Shown here in pieces: positions 37,277-46,212 of a stretch of 64,000 nucleotides of DNA. The notes under the pieces were generated by a model that did not search any database, was not told the origin of the DNA, and saw only the letters and a list, made by a program, of their open reading frames with translations. Where the stretch lies: NCBI GenBank assembly GCA_964482735.1, contig CAYZYV010000002.1:86061-150060 (forward strand), given 5' to 3'. This stretch comes from an uncultured Candidatus Saccharibacteria bacterium (GTDB lineage: Bacteria; Patescibacteriota; Minisyncoccia; Phycocordibacterales; UBA9973). A program made the position numbers and the translations under genes. Position 1 is the stretch's first letter. Every line of letters begins with the position of its first letter.

Positions 37277-39646
37277 TTATTTGGTATACATTACATCTAA
37301 TAATTCATCGACTGTTTTAAAATATCCTTCCTTGCCACCAAATAATGAAACAAGTTCATAGTCGGTTCCAATAGAACGAAATGGTTCCAGTGTGAGAATT
37401 CTAACATTCTCAATATCTTTCAGGGTTACATCTGCATATTTTTGGAGTAAAGCCTCAAGAACTTCTCTTGCTTTTCCACTATATTTATCTAAATAATTTG
37501 AACGACGAACAGCTTCTATCCTTTCGTTCTTTTTCATCATTTTCTTATCATAACCAACGTGCATTATCAGATCAAAAAGATCAAACTCTGCACCAACTTG
37601 TTTTTGAAGTTCTTCAAGTGGAATTCCACTTGCGTCTATCTGATCAATGATTGCTTGGCGACGATCTGCTGATTGCCATGCTGTAAAGAAACTTTCAAGT
37701 GTTGGGTAATGCGTAAGAATATTCTTACGTGTAAAATCAGTTAATGACTGTGTTAGAAGTTTTCCATCAGGTCCAAGATATTGAACTTGTTCTTTTACTA
37801 CAGCATAAGGCACTCCACTTAAAGTAAATACTGGAGGTCTATCAATAACATCTAGAGATGACCCTTTTGAAAGAATAACGTCAACGAGTTTATCTTCATC
37901 CTCTTTTTCTTCAATAGTTAGTTCTGGTGGATCTTTTTCTGTTAATTCCTCTTCAATATTATCGTTTTCTCTTACTTCAAAAACACGTTCAGCAACTCCA
38001 TCAAAACCAGGATCGGCAAATAATTTTGTAACACCCTGAAAATCAATAATAGTAAACCACATTTTACCCTTATCTTCTCTTACACGAGTTCCACGACCTA
38101 TTATTTGTTTAAATTCAGTCATACTTTCTATTGGTTTATCAAGAACTATCAGTTTGCATGTTTGGGCATCAACACCGGTAGATAAAAGTTGTGATGTTGT
38201 AACTAATGTTGGATATTTTTCTTCAGGATCAATAAAACGATCCAGCTGGTTCTTTCCTTCTTCATCATCTCCCGTAATACGCATAACATAACGTGTATCT
38301 TCTAGTGATTTATCTCCTGAGGCATTTACTAATGCAGAACGCATACGTTCTGCATGTGCAGTTGTTCGGCAAAAGACAATGGTCTTAGCATAAGGATCAT
38401 TTATTGCATTAATATATTCAACTATTTTTTCAGCAACAATTTTGTCTCGCTGAGGAAAAATAACTGATTTGTTTATATCACGAAGTTCATAAATACGCTC
38501 TTCAACAAGGTTCCCATTGTCATCTATTGTACCAGGAGCAGGACGCCATCCGGTTATATCATTATCCAAGAGAACCCTTAATACTTTATATGGTGCTAAA
38601 AACCCATCATCTATACCTTGTTTTAATGAGTATGTATAAATAGACTCACCAAAATAATGAGTGGTGCTCGTGTCAGTTGTTTCTTTTGGTGTAGCTGTAA
38701 GTCCAAGGTGTGTAGCACTTGTAAAGTGATCAAGTATTTCATGCCATTCGCTATCTTCTGAGGCACTACCTCTATGACACTCATCTACTATTATCAAATC
38801 AAAGAAATCTTTTGGAAGTTTTTTGAATAATTTATCATTCTCTTCCTTTCCACTCATTGCTTGATATAAACCTAAAAATACCTCATATGCCATGAGTGAT
38901 CCTATATCATTAAAATCTTGACGAGAAATTTTTGTTAGAGCATTTCCAAAGTGTTTAAGATCGTTTACACGTGCTTGATCAACTAAAATATTTCTATCAG
39001 CAAGAAAGAGTATTCTTTTGGCGTTCCCAGATTTCCAAAGACGCCACATGATTTGTCCAGCAGTATAAGTTTTTCCTGTACCAGTTGCCATAACTAAGAG
39101 TAATCGCTTTTCACCTCGTGCAATGGCTTCAACAGAACGATCAATAGCTATTCTCTGAAAATATCGTGGTGATTTATTTGGATCATCTGAATAAAAAGGT
39201 GTTTCAATTGCAGTACGTAGTGTTGCAGATTCTCCTTTCCATTTTAAATAACGTTGGTAAAGTTCTTCTGGAGAAGGAAAATTATCTAAATTAAGAGAAG
39301 ATTCAGTCACTTCAGATATTCCGGTTCTATCATGAAAAAGATAACCATTTCCATTTGAAGAGAAAACAAAAGGCACATCAAGATTTTCTGCATAAACTAA
39401 AGCTTGTTGCATTCCTATACCAAGATCCTTATTTGAATGTTTTGCTTCTATAATTGCCAATGGTAAGTTAGGTCTATATTCAAGGAGAAAATCTACTTTC
39501 TTTTTTTCTCCACGCTTTGTAGTTTTTCCACTAACATGAATACGTCCCATTGTGTATGGATACTCCTCACGAATTTGTTGGTCTGTCCATCCAGAATTTA
39601 TTATTGATGGCCTTATTAATCTATTGCGTGTTTCTTCTTCGTTCAT
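37277..39646 (-). CDS. hsdR: Type I R-M restriction subunit HsdR (helicase-nuclease)
   Basis: N-terminal HsdR_N nuclease region, Walker A ATGTGKT, DECHRG (DEAD-box type) and helicase C motifs. 789 aa. Confidence 0.9.
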   Translation of the reverse strand: MNEEETRNRLIRPSIINSGWTDQQIREEYPYTMGRIHVSGKTTKRGEKKKVDFLLEYRPNLPLAIIEAKHSNKDLGIGMQQALVYAENLDVPFVFSSNGNGYLFHDRTGISEVTESSLNLDNFPSPEELYQRYLKWKGESATLRTAIETPFYSDDPNKSPRYFQRIAIDRSVEAIARGEKRLLLVMATGTGKTYTAGQIMWRLWKSGNAKRILFLADRNILVDQARVNDLKHFGNALTKISRQDFNDIGSLMAYEVFLGLYQAMSGKEENDKLFKKLPKDFFDLIIVDECHRGSASEDSEWHEILDHFTSATHLGLTATPKETTDTSTTHYFGESIYTYSLKQGIDDGFLAPYKVLRVLLDNDITGWRPAPGTIDDNGNLVEERIYELRDINKSVIFPQRDKIVAEKIVEYINAINDPYAKTIVFCRTTAHAERMRSALVNASGDKSLEDTRYVMRITGDDEEGKNQLDRFIDPEEKYPTLVTTSQLLSTGVDAQTCKLIVLDKPIESMTEFKQIIGRGTRVREDKGKMWFTIIDFQGVTKLFADPGFDGVAERVFEVRENDNIEEELTEKDPPELTIEEKEDEDKLVDVILSKGSSLDVIDRPPVFTLSGVPYAVVKEQVQYLGPDGKLLTQSLTDFTRKNILTHYPTLESFFTAWQSADRRQAIIDQIDASGIPLEELQKQVGAEFDLFDLIMHVGYDKKMMKKNERIEAVRRSNYLDKYSGKAREVLEALLQKYADVTLKDIENVRILTLEPFRSIGTDYELVSLFGGKEGYFKTVDELLDVMYTK

Positions 39647-39650
39647 AAAA

Positions 39651-40496
39651 TTATTTTCTTACATTTTCATCTAATGTTTTACCTTTATCATCTTTCCAAG
39701 CAGTCCAGCCATTGCAAGACCTACCAGCTATACAATCAGCAGCAGCACTTGGACTTTTGAAAACATAATCATTTTCAAAAATAAATGACTCCTCATTGAA
39801 TTTTTTTAGTATACCTTCGTTTTCCAGCTTCTTTCTTAATAAAGATCCACTATGATCTATAAAAGCAGGAGTTTCTTTAATTCTAGATAAAGATCCTTTA
39901 TATACAATAAATTCTCCGCTTTCTAATAATGAGCCTTTCCCATTCCCTGCTTTATTTGTAGCATCTGAAAATTCATATATTTTTTTATCTGAAATAGATT
40001 CAGTAATAACACTAAATAATTGATATCCTAATGTTTCTAGAATAAATTGAACTTTTTCAAAAAAATCTTCTACTGAAATTTTATCAATGTCTGATAGTGA
40101 ATTCTCTGGTGGTTGCACCTTATTTTGTATTACCATTCGATTTACTTTGTGCGCCAAAACAGTAGCTTTATGTTCTAAATATTTAACATGAGCTTTATTT
40201 AAAACACCGGTAAAAATTGCGGCTGTATCCCAGAAATCTTTATTTGAATCGTGATTAGTAATTCTATTATAGAAATTTTCAGATTCTCCTATGTAGGCAA
40301 GATCATCACCTGATTCTTCATCAAAACCGAACAAAACATAAAGACCTGGCTTATCTATATCAGGAAAATCTTTTAATTCTTTTAAATTTTGACGTGGCAA
40401 CAAAAAACATTTGCCAGACCATCCAGGAACTTCTATTATTTTCATTCCATTAGGGTTTCCTCCTGGAACAAGAATTTGTATGGCTTTTGATTTCAT
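39651..40496 (-). CDS. GIY-YIG nuclease family protein (DUF4357-like C-terminus), R-M associated
   Basis: GLYVLF...AYIGESENFYNRITNH is a GIY-YIG core. The gene is immediately downstream of hsdR. Confidence 0.55.
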   Translation of the reverse strand: MKSKAIQILVPGGNPNGMKIIEVPGWSGKCFLLPRQNLKELKDFPDIDKPGLYVLFGFDEESGDDLAYIGESENFYNRITNHDSNKDFWDTAAIFTGVLNKAHVKYLEHKATVLAHKVNRMVIQNKVQPPENSLSDIDKISVEDFFEKVQFILETLGYQLFSVITESISDKKIYEFSDATNKAGNGKGSLLESGEFIVYKGSLSRIKETPAFIDHSGSLLRKKLENEGILKKFNEESFIFENDYVFKSPSAAADCIAGRSCNGWTAWKDDKGKTLDENVRK

Positions 40497-40623
40497 AAAG
40501 TTATAGTCTCATAATACTACTTTTTGCCTTATTCTCAAAGAGTGATTTAAGGAATTTGATTTTTTAAATAAATATGATACGATTATATTAGAAGCACTTT
40601 TAAATTAAATGTCAACGAACTAA

Positions 40624-40675
40624 AAATGGTGGTATTCCACCAACAAACCAAAAAATGGTGGTATTCCACCAACTG
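40624..40675. repeat. Two tandem 23-bp iterons AAAAATGGTGGTATTCCACCAAC, each with an internal inverted repeat; putative replication origin
   Basis: Direct read. Located 230 nt upstream of the Prim-Pol/AAA gene in a 400-nt AT-rich intergenic region that also contains TTATCAATTATCAATAAG. Confidence 0.55.
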
Positions 40676-40900
40676 AACTAGATAAGCTCGACAGCTTCCA
40701 TTATCAATTATCAATAAGTCATGCGCATTTATGCTGTCAGTTTAGTTGTATATAAAAAATTTAATATCAAAAAATTGTAAACATAAGTAGCACCTGGCAG
40801 AGGTGTTTTTTTGTTTTTATTAAGTATGTCGATTCTTATCTAATGAACCAACACCTCACATTAATTAGTTTTTTATGTAGGTCTTGGATAATAACAATAC

Positions 40901-42712
40901 ATGTTCGTTTCCAGGACCTACATAAGGAACAACGAACATGTTATGAATGAAAACATAAAAAATAAAAAAGAGTCTGCTATTTATTATCAACAAATGGGTT
41001 TAAGTATCATTCCAACTGGTAGAAATAAAAAACCACTAATTGATTCGTGGAAACAATATGAAAGTATACGCCCAACAATCGAAGAAATTACTACATGGTG
41101 GGATAAATGGCCAGAAGCAAATCCTGCACTTGTTACAGGTAAGGTATCAGGAGTTGTCGCTCTTGATTTAGATAAAAAACATAATAGAACATCAAAAGAA
41201 TTTCAAATACCTCCGACAGCCTCAGCAATATCTGGAAATGGAGGTGAGCATTTCTTTTTCAAATATCCATTAAATGGTCCAGTTAAGACGTCATCTGCTA
41301 TAAGCGGATATGGCGTTGACTCTCGAGGGGATGGAGGATACATACTTCTCTCACCATCTGAAAATGAAAATGGAGGCAAATATACATGGATTGTTCCTTT
41401 TGAGTCAAAAGAAGATTTGGCTGATATGCCTGATTGGTTATTAAGTCTTACTACTGAAAAGGAAAATACTAAGAAGTGGTTAGATGGAATGAATGGTGTA
41501 TCAGAAGGTTCTAGAAATGACACAGCGACCTCAATGGCAGGAAAGATAATTAGTTCGACTAGTCCTGAATTATTAGAAAGTATTGGATGGGACCAATTCA
41601 AGATTTGGAATGATAGAAACATTCCACCTCTTCCAGAAAAGGAATTACGAAATGTTTGGGAAAGCATAAAAAGAAAACATGTAAATAAAGAAAAAACTAA
41701 TTTTGATGAACATCAATTTGTTTCTCTTGGAGATTTACTAAATGAACCTGAGGAAACAATAAGTTGGGTAATAGAAGATATGTTGCCTGCTGGTGGTTTT
41801 TCTATTATGGTAGCAAAACCAAAAGTTGGAAAATCAACGCTCGTAAGACAATTAGCACTGTGCGTTGCTCGCGGAGAATCCTTCCTAGAAAGAAAAACAG
41901 AAAAAGGTGGTGTTTTATATGTGGCATTGGAAGAAAAACGAGGAGAAGTTAAAAACCATTTTAAACTTCTTGGAGCTGACGGCACAGAAGATTTAGGCGT
42001 ATATGTTGGATCTGCTCCTGGAGAAGCATATACATGGCTTGAAAATGAAGTAAAAAAGAAACACCCAATATTGATAATTATTGATACTCTTTTCCGATTC
42101 GCTCGCGTTGCAGATGTTAGTGATTATGCAAAAGTTACAAATGCTCTAGATCCACTCTTAAAATTAGCTAGAGAAAATTCCACCCATTTAATGTGTCTTC
42201 ATCATGCAAGAAAAATGCCTGGGGATGGAGCTGATGCTACTCTTGGGTCTACTGCCATTTTTGGAACTGTAGATACCGCCATGTTACTTAAGAGAAATAA
42301 AGACGGTAAAAGAACCCTCGAAACTCAACAAAGATATGGAAGAGATATGGAAGAGACTGTATTGATGTTTAACGTTGATTTAAAAACAATAACTCTGGGT
42401 AGTTTAAAAGAAGAAGAGGATGAAAAGAAAATCGAGGAGTTAATTATAGATTTATTGAAATCATCAAAAGAACCAATTGATGAAAAAACCATTCGAGATG
42501 AAATTGAAGGAAAAACTACACTAAAAAGTATTGCACTTAGATCATTATTTCAAGGTGGAAAAATAACAAGAACCGGTTTAGGTAGAAAAGGAGATCCTTA
42601 TCTTTATTCTTGTTCCCTTGTTCCCGATATATGTGAGGAACAAGAAAACAAGAAAGAGATTGGTCCTAAAGATATCCAATTAAAAGATAACTTGGAGAAT
42701 TTTACCCTTTAG
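40901..42712 (+). CDS. Bifunctional DNA primase-polymerase (Prim-Pol) N-domain fused to AAA_25/RepA-like ATPase
   Basis: N-terminal YYQQMGLSIIPTGRNKKPLIDSWKQY...ALDLD is a Prim-Pol domain. Central Walker A KPKVGKST and the DTLFRFAR Walker B region indicate a RecA-like ATPase. Confidence 0.7.
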   Translation: MFVSRTYIRNNEHVMNENIKNKKESAIYYQQMGLSIIPTGRNKKPLIDSWKQYESIRPTIEEITTWWDKWPEANPALVTGKVSGVVALDLDKKHNRTSKEFQIPPTASAISGNGGEHFFFKYPLNGPVKTSSAISGYGVDSRGDGGYILLSPSENENGGKYTWIVPFESKEDLADMPDWLLSLTTEKENTKKWLDGMNGVSEGSRNDTATSMAGKIISSTSPELLESIGWDQFKIWNDRNIPPLPEKELRNVWESIKRKHVNKEKTNFDEHQFVSLGDLLNEPEETISWVIEDMLPAGGFSIMVAKPKVGKSTLVRQLALCVARGESFLERKTEKGGVLYVALEEKRGEVKNHFKLLGADGTEDLGVYVGSAPGEAYTWLENEVKKKHPILIIIDTLFRFARVADVSDYAKVTNALDPLLKLARENSTHLMCLHHARKMPGDGADATLGSTAIFGTVDTAMLLKRNKDGKRTLETQQRYGRDMEETVLMFNVDLKTITLGSLKEEEDEKKIEELIIDLLKSSKEPIDEKTIRDEIEGKTTLKSIALRSLFQGGKITRTGLGRKGDPYLYSCSLVPDICEEQENKKEIGPKDIQLKDNLENFTL

Positions 42713-42716
42713 GATC

Positions 42717-42899
42717 ATGGTCAAAAAAGAAACTATAATTGAATTTATGGGGGCCTTAAAAGAAGAATACAACAGAGATGTGGACTTCAAAGAGGCATCA
42801 ATAATACTAAACGATTTAGTTTCTTATTTTGACTTGTTAGCTAAAATAGACCATGTGCAAGATGAGGTAAAAAATGATATAATGTATGAGCCAGACTGA
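42717..42899 (+). CDS. Small 60-aa hypothetical protein
   Basis: ORF only. Confidence 0.3.
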   Translation: MVKKETIIEFMGALKEEYNRDVDFKEASIILNDLVSYFDLLAKIDHVQDEVKNDIMYEPD

Positions 42900-43007
42900 A
42901 GTTAAAAATATATTTGTTTATAAAAGCGGAGTAATAACTGCTTCAGTCTGGCGATTGAGGATTAAGTTGTTACTCCACTTTTGTTTATAAATCTAACCTA
43001 AAAACAT

Positions 43008-44570
43008 ATGAAAAATAAAATAAATAAAGCTGTCATAATTTGTCGTGTTTCAAGTAAAGAGCAAGAAGATACTGGCTACTCTTTGGATGCACAAGAAAAG
43101 TTGCTTCAGACATATGCTGACGAAAGAAATATAAATGTAATAAGAGTATATAAAATTTCAGAATCAGCCAGTGGAAAAATGGTAAGAAAAAAGTTCTACG
43201 AAATTTTACAGTATATTAAAAAGAATAATGCTAATTTAATATTAGCAGAAAAGATTGATCGTCTAACTAGAAATCTAAAAGATGCTTCAATAATAAATGA
43301 TTGGGTCCAGGAAAATAAAAACAATGAAGTTCATTTTGTTAAAGAAAACTTTATTGTCAGTCAGAATACAAAAGCTCATGAAAATCTTGTCTGGGATATG
43401 AAAGTTGCTATTGCTAGATTTTACACAAACAATCTCTCGGAAGAAGTAAAAAAGGGTCAGAAAGAAAAAATTTCTCAAGGGTGGTTACCAACAAAACCTC
43501 CTCTTGGTTATGAGACAGTTGGAGAAAAAGGACATAAGGTTCACATTATAGACAAAGAACGAGCTCCTTATATTAAGAAAATGTTTGAACTTTATTCTTC
43601 CGGAAATTATTCAACTCATATGATGGTTGAGTTAATGTATAAAGAAGGATTAAGAAACCGATCAGGTAAAAAGGTTGGGAAATCTAGAATGTATGACCTA
43701 CTTTCAGATCCATTTTACTGTGGAAAAATTAAGTGGAAAGAACAAATCTTTAATGGAAAACAAGAACCTATTATAACAAAAGACTTATATGATTTGGTCC
43801 AGGAGAAATTAAATCGTAAATTTAAGAGCCCTCAATATCAAAAACATAACCCTGTTTTTAAGGCAAAAATGGAGTGTGATGAATGTAAAGGAACTGTTAC
43901 TTGGGAGACTCACAAGGGTCATTGGTATGGACATTGTAACCATTATAAAACTTGTAGCCAGAAAGTTTGGAAAAGACAGGAGGATGTTGAAAAGATACTT
44001 TTCCCTTTATTTGATAACGTAGCCCCAAAAACAAATAAGGTATTAAAAGTATTAGAAAAAGCATTAAAGGAGAATCACGAAGATGAGATAAAATATAACA
44101 ACAATGTTCTAAGTGGTATAAATAAAAAAATAGAAACAGCGCAAAGAAGAATTGAGGCTATCTATGAAGATAAAATTGATGGGAAAATTTCACCAGAATT
44201 TTACAATAGAAAATTGGCAGAATATACAAAAGAAAAAGAAGACGCCATGGAATCTCTTAAAAAATTAAACGAAGGAAACACTAAATATTACGAGGCTGGG
44301 TTCGCAATACACGAGCTTGCTTCAAGAGCTTCTGAGATTTATAAGAGCCCTAAAGCCACAGTAGAAGATAAAAGATTACTTTTAAGTAAAATATTTTCGA
44401 ACCTTTCATTAAATGCTGATGAAATAAAGCCAAATTACACATTAGCCTTCGAATTTCTCAGAGAATGGATACCTATACTAAATAATAATTTCGAACCAGA
44501 AAAAGATGTTGCTAATAAAGGAAAAGAGAGCACTTTCGTGCTCCCTCGTCCTACTTTGCTCCGTGGGTAG
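43008..44570 (+). CDS. Large serine recombinase (resolvase/invertase N-domain, recombinase domain, Zn ribbon)
   Basis: N-terminal AVIICRVSSKEQ catalytic-Ser region. Recombinase domain, then CDECKG...HCNHYKTC zinc ribbon and a coiled coil. The last 12 nt overlap tRNA-Asn. Confidence 0.85.
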   Translation: MKNKINKAVIICRVSSKEQEDTGYSLDAQEKLLQTYADERNINVIRVYKISESASGKMVRKKFYEILQYIKKNNANLILAEKIDRLTRNLKDASIINDWVQENKNNEVHFVKENFIVSQNTKAHENLVWDMKVAIARFYTNNLSEEVKKGQKEKISQGWLPTKPPLGYETVGEKGHKVHIIDKERAPYIKKMFELYSSGNYSTHMMVELMYKEGLRNRSGKKVGKSRMYDLLSDPFYCGKIKWKEQIFNGKQEPIITKDLYDLVQEKLNRKFKSPQYQKHNPVFKAKMECDECKGTVTWETHKGHWYGHCNHYKTCSQKVWKRQEDVEKILFPLFDNVAPKTNKVLKVLEKALKENHEDEIKYNNNVLSGINKKIETAQRRIEAIYEDKIDGKISPEFYNRKLAEYTKEKEDAMESLKKLNEGNTKYYEAGFAIHELASRASEIYKSPKATVEDKRLLLSKIFSNLSLNADEIKPNYTLAFEFLREWIPILNNNFEPEKDVANKGKESTFVLPRPTLLRG

Positions 44571-44630
44571 GGATCGAACCTACGACCAATCGCTTAACAG
44601 GCGACCGCTCTACCGCTGAGCTACCACGGA
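44559..44630 (-). tRNA. tRNA-Asn (anticodon GTT)
   Basis: Acceptor TCCGTGG/CCACGGA, anticodon stem GTCGC/GCGAT with loop CTGTTAA, T-arm GTAGG-TTCGATC-CCTAC. Confidence 0.85.
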
Positions 44631-44708
44631 ATGATTGTTTAATTTTCAAAAACTTACCATTTATTACTAAATGGTCTAGATATAATAACAAAAAATCTTA
44701 AAAAATGC

Positions 44709-44743
44709 AAAACCTCCCGTGGATTTACCATGGGAGGTTTTGT
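44709..44743. terminator. Hairpin CAAAACCTCCCGTGGATTTACCATGGGAGGTTTTG
   Basis: Perfect 13-bp stem. Confidence 0.6.
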
Positions 44744-44753
44744 GACTAGAAAA

Positions 44754-45482
44754 TTAAACTTTGGCTACAGCTTTCTTTTCTCTACTTTTTCTAACAATCA
44801 TCCTATAAACAACGATTATGGCCATAACTAAAAGGATAGTTAATATCCAATCCCATACAGAATTTGGCATAAATGAACCTACGGTTCTGTAACCAGTTGC
44901 TCCATAAGCTGAAGCACCTAAGTTATTGAAGTAAGATGACCCTGAATAAGATCTTCCAGAACTTGCTTCTCTAGCTAACGGTACGTCATTGTAGTATCCA
45001 GTACTTACATTACCAGCAGAAGCGACCTTAGTACTAGAGACAGTTTTTGTAGAAGCAGTCTTGCTGGTGGTGCTATCTGTTGTCTTAGAAGACGTAGAAG
45101 TTGTAGGATTTGAGGTATTATAATAATAATTATTTACAACAGTTGGATTGGTATTTGAAGCTATGGTACCACTAGTTGAACCAGTCTTTGACCCATTATT
45201 CAAATTGTTAGAATTATAATTATTGTAACCTGAACCATAAAGGTATGGGTTATTATTACCTGAATAGCTGTTGAAATTATCATTAAAGTAACCTTTTGTT
45301 GATTCCCCAGAAAAAGCGTAAGTCACATCGGAAGCAGCGGATGCATTGTTGGTTAAAACAAATGACATTGCCACAATTCCAAACAATATTAAGTTGTTAC
45401 TTATTTTTTTAAACATACACGGATTATAGCATAATAAAAACCATTTTGTCAAGCCCTCTACGCCTATTAATAAGCCTTGCAA
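44754..45482 (-). CDS. Asn/Ser/Thr/Tyr-rich low-complexity surface protein with N-terminal signal anchor and C-terminal TM plus basic tail
   Basis: Low-complexity composition. C-terminal WDWILTILLVMAIIVVYRMIVRKSREKK. Confidence 0.4.
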   Translation of the reverse strand: MQGLLIGVEGLTKWFLLCYNPCMFKKISNNLILFGIVAMSFVLTNNASAASDVTYAFSGESTKGYFNDNFNSYSGNNNPYLYGSGYNNYNSNNLNNGSKTGSTSGTIASNTNPTVVNNYYYNTSNPTTSTSSKTTDSTTSKTASTKTVSSTKVASAGNVSTGYYNDVPLAREASSGRSYSGSSYFNNLGASAYGATGYRTVGSFMPNSVWDWILTILLVMAIIVVYRMIVRKSREKKAVAKV

Positions 45483-45495
45483 AATAAGGATATTT

Positions 45496-46185
45496 TTAAT
45501 GTATAAAACTTTTTCGATGAATTTTAGTCATTCCATATTTTTTTATTGCTTCATAGTGGGTTTTGGTGCCATACCCCATATTTTTATCAAAACCATACCC
45601 TCCATATTCCTTGGCATAATTTTCCATAATCCTATCTCTTGAAACTTTGGCCATAATAGAGGCAAATGAAATTATGGGATACAACTCATCCCCCTTTATG
45701 TAGCTTTTTTGATTTTTAAATTCATCTCGAGCCTTTAATCCCCCATCAAGTAAAATATGGAATGAGGCCGGAGATTCTTTTTGAAATGGTCTGGCCCTTT
45801 TTCCTCCCTCGTCCGAGGACCTTTCAAAAAGAATCTCCGGCTGAGTAACTTTACGCAATGATTCGTCAATAGCTTTTTGAATACATTTAGCTATTCCAAA
45901 CTTATCTATCATTTCATTTGAAACAAAAGTCATTTGATAATCACAAATACCTTTTTCTTTTTGTTTTTTCAAATATAAAAACCATTTCTCTCTGTATTTT
46001 TTTGTTAATTTTTTTGAATCTCTAAGCGGTAGTCCTAAAAACTCTTTCGCTTCTTTTACAAAAGATTCATATTCATCTTCTTTTAAAGAAAAAGCACAGA
46101 CACAAACAGGTCCCGCAATTGGGCCACGCCCCACTTCATCTACTCCGACAATTAAATCAATGTTTTTCTCATTTTTTCTTTCCAT
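45496..46185 (-). CDS. rnhB: Ribonuclease HII
   Basis: N-terminal IVGVDEVGRGPIAGPV catalytic DEDD region. Confidence 0.9.
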   Translation of the reverse strand: MERKNEKNIDLIVGVDEVGRGPIAGPVCVCAFSLKEDEYESFVKEAKEFLGLPLRDSKKLTKKYREKWFLYLKKQKEKGICDYQMTFVSNEMIDKFGIAKCIQKAIDESLRKVTQPEILFERSSDEGGKRARPFQKESPASFHILLDGGLKARDEFKNQKSYIKGDELYPIISFASIMAKVSRDRIMENYAKEYGGYGFDKNMGYGTKTHYEAIKKYGMTKIHRKSFIH

Positions 46186-46212
46186 CTTACAATATTAAAA
46201 CAAAACACGAAG

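Larger units (their letters stand above)
29460..44630. mobile_element. Putative integrated replicative element / genomic island (~15 kb) bounded on the right by tRNA-Asn; left boundary approximate
   Basis: Contents are consistent with a mobile element: iterons, a Prim-Pol/AAA rep gene, a serine recombinase, a type I R-M system, a GIY-YIG nuclease, a HigB/HigA-ImmA module, and several tiny membrane ORFs in very AT-rich DNA. The recombinase CDS overlaps the 3' end of tRNA-Asn. Confidence 0.5.

Noticed and set aside
40624-40675. CRISPR array.
   Set aside because: Only two 23-bp direct repeats with a 5-bp spacer. The 61060-61324 and 53113-53232 repeats are also not repeat-spacer arrays. There are no cas genes in the window.
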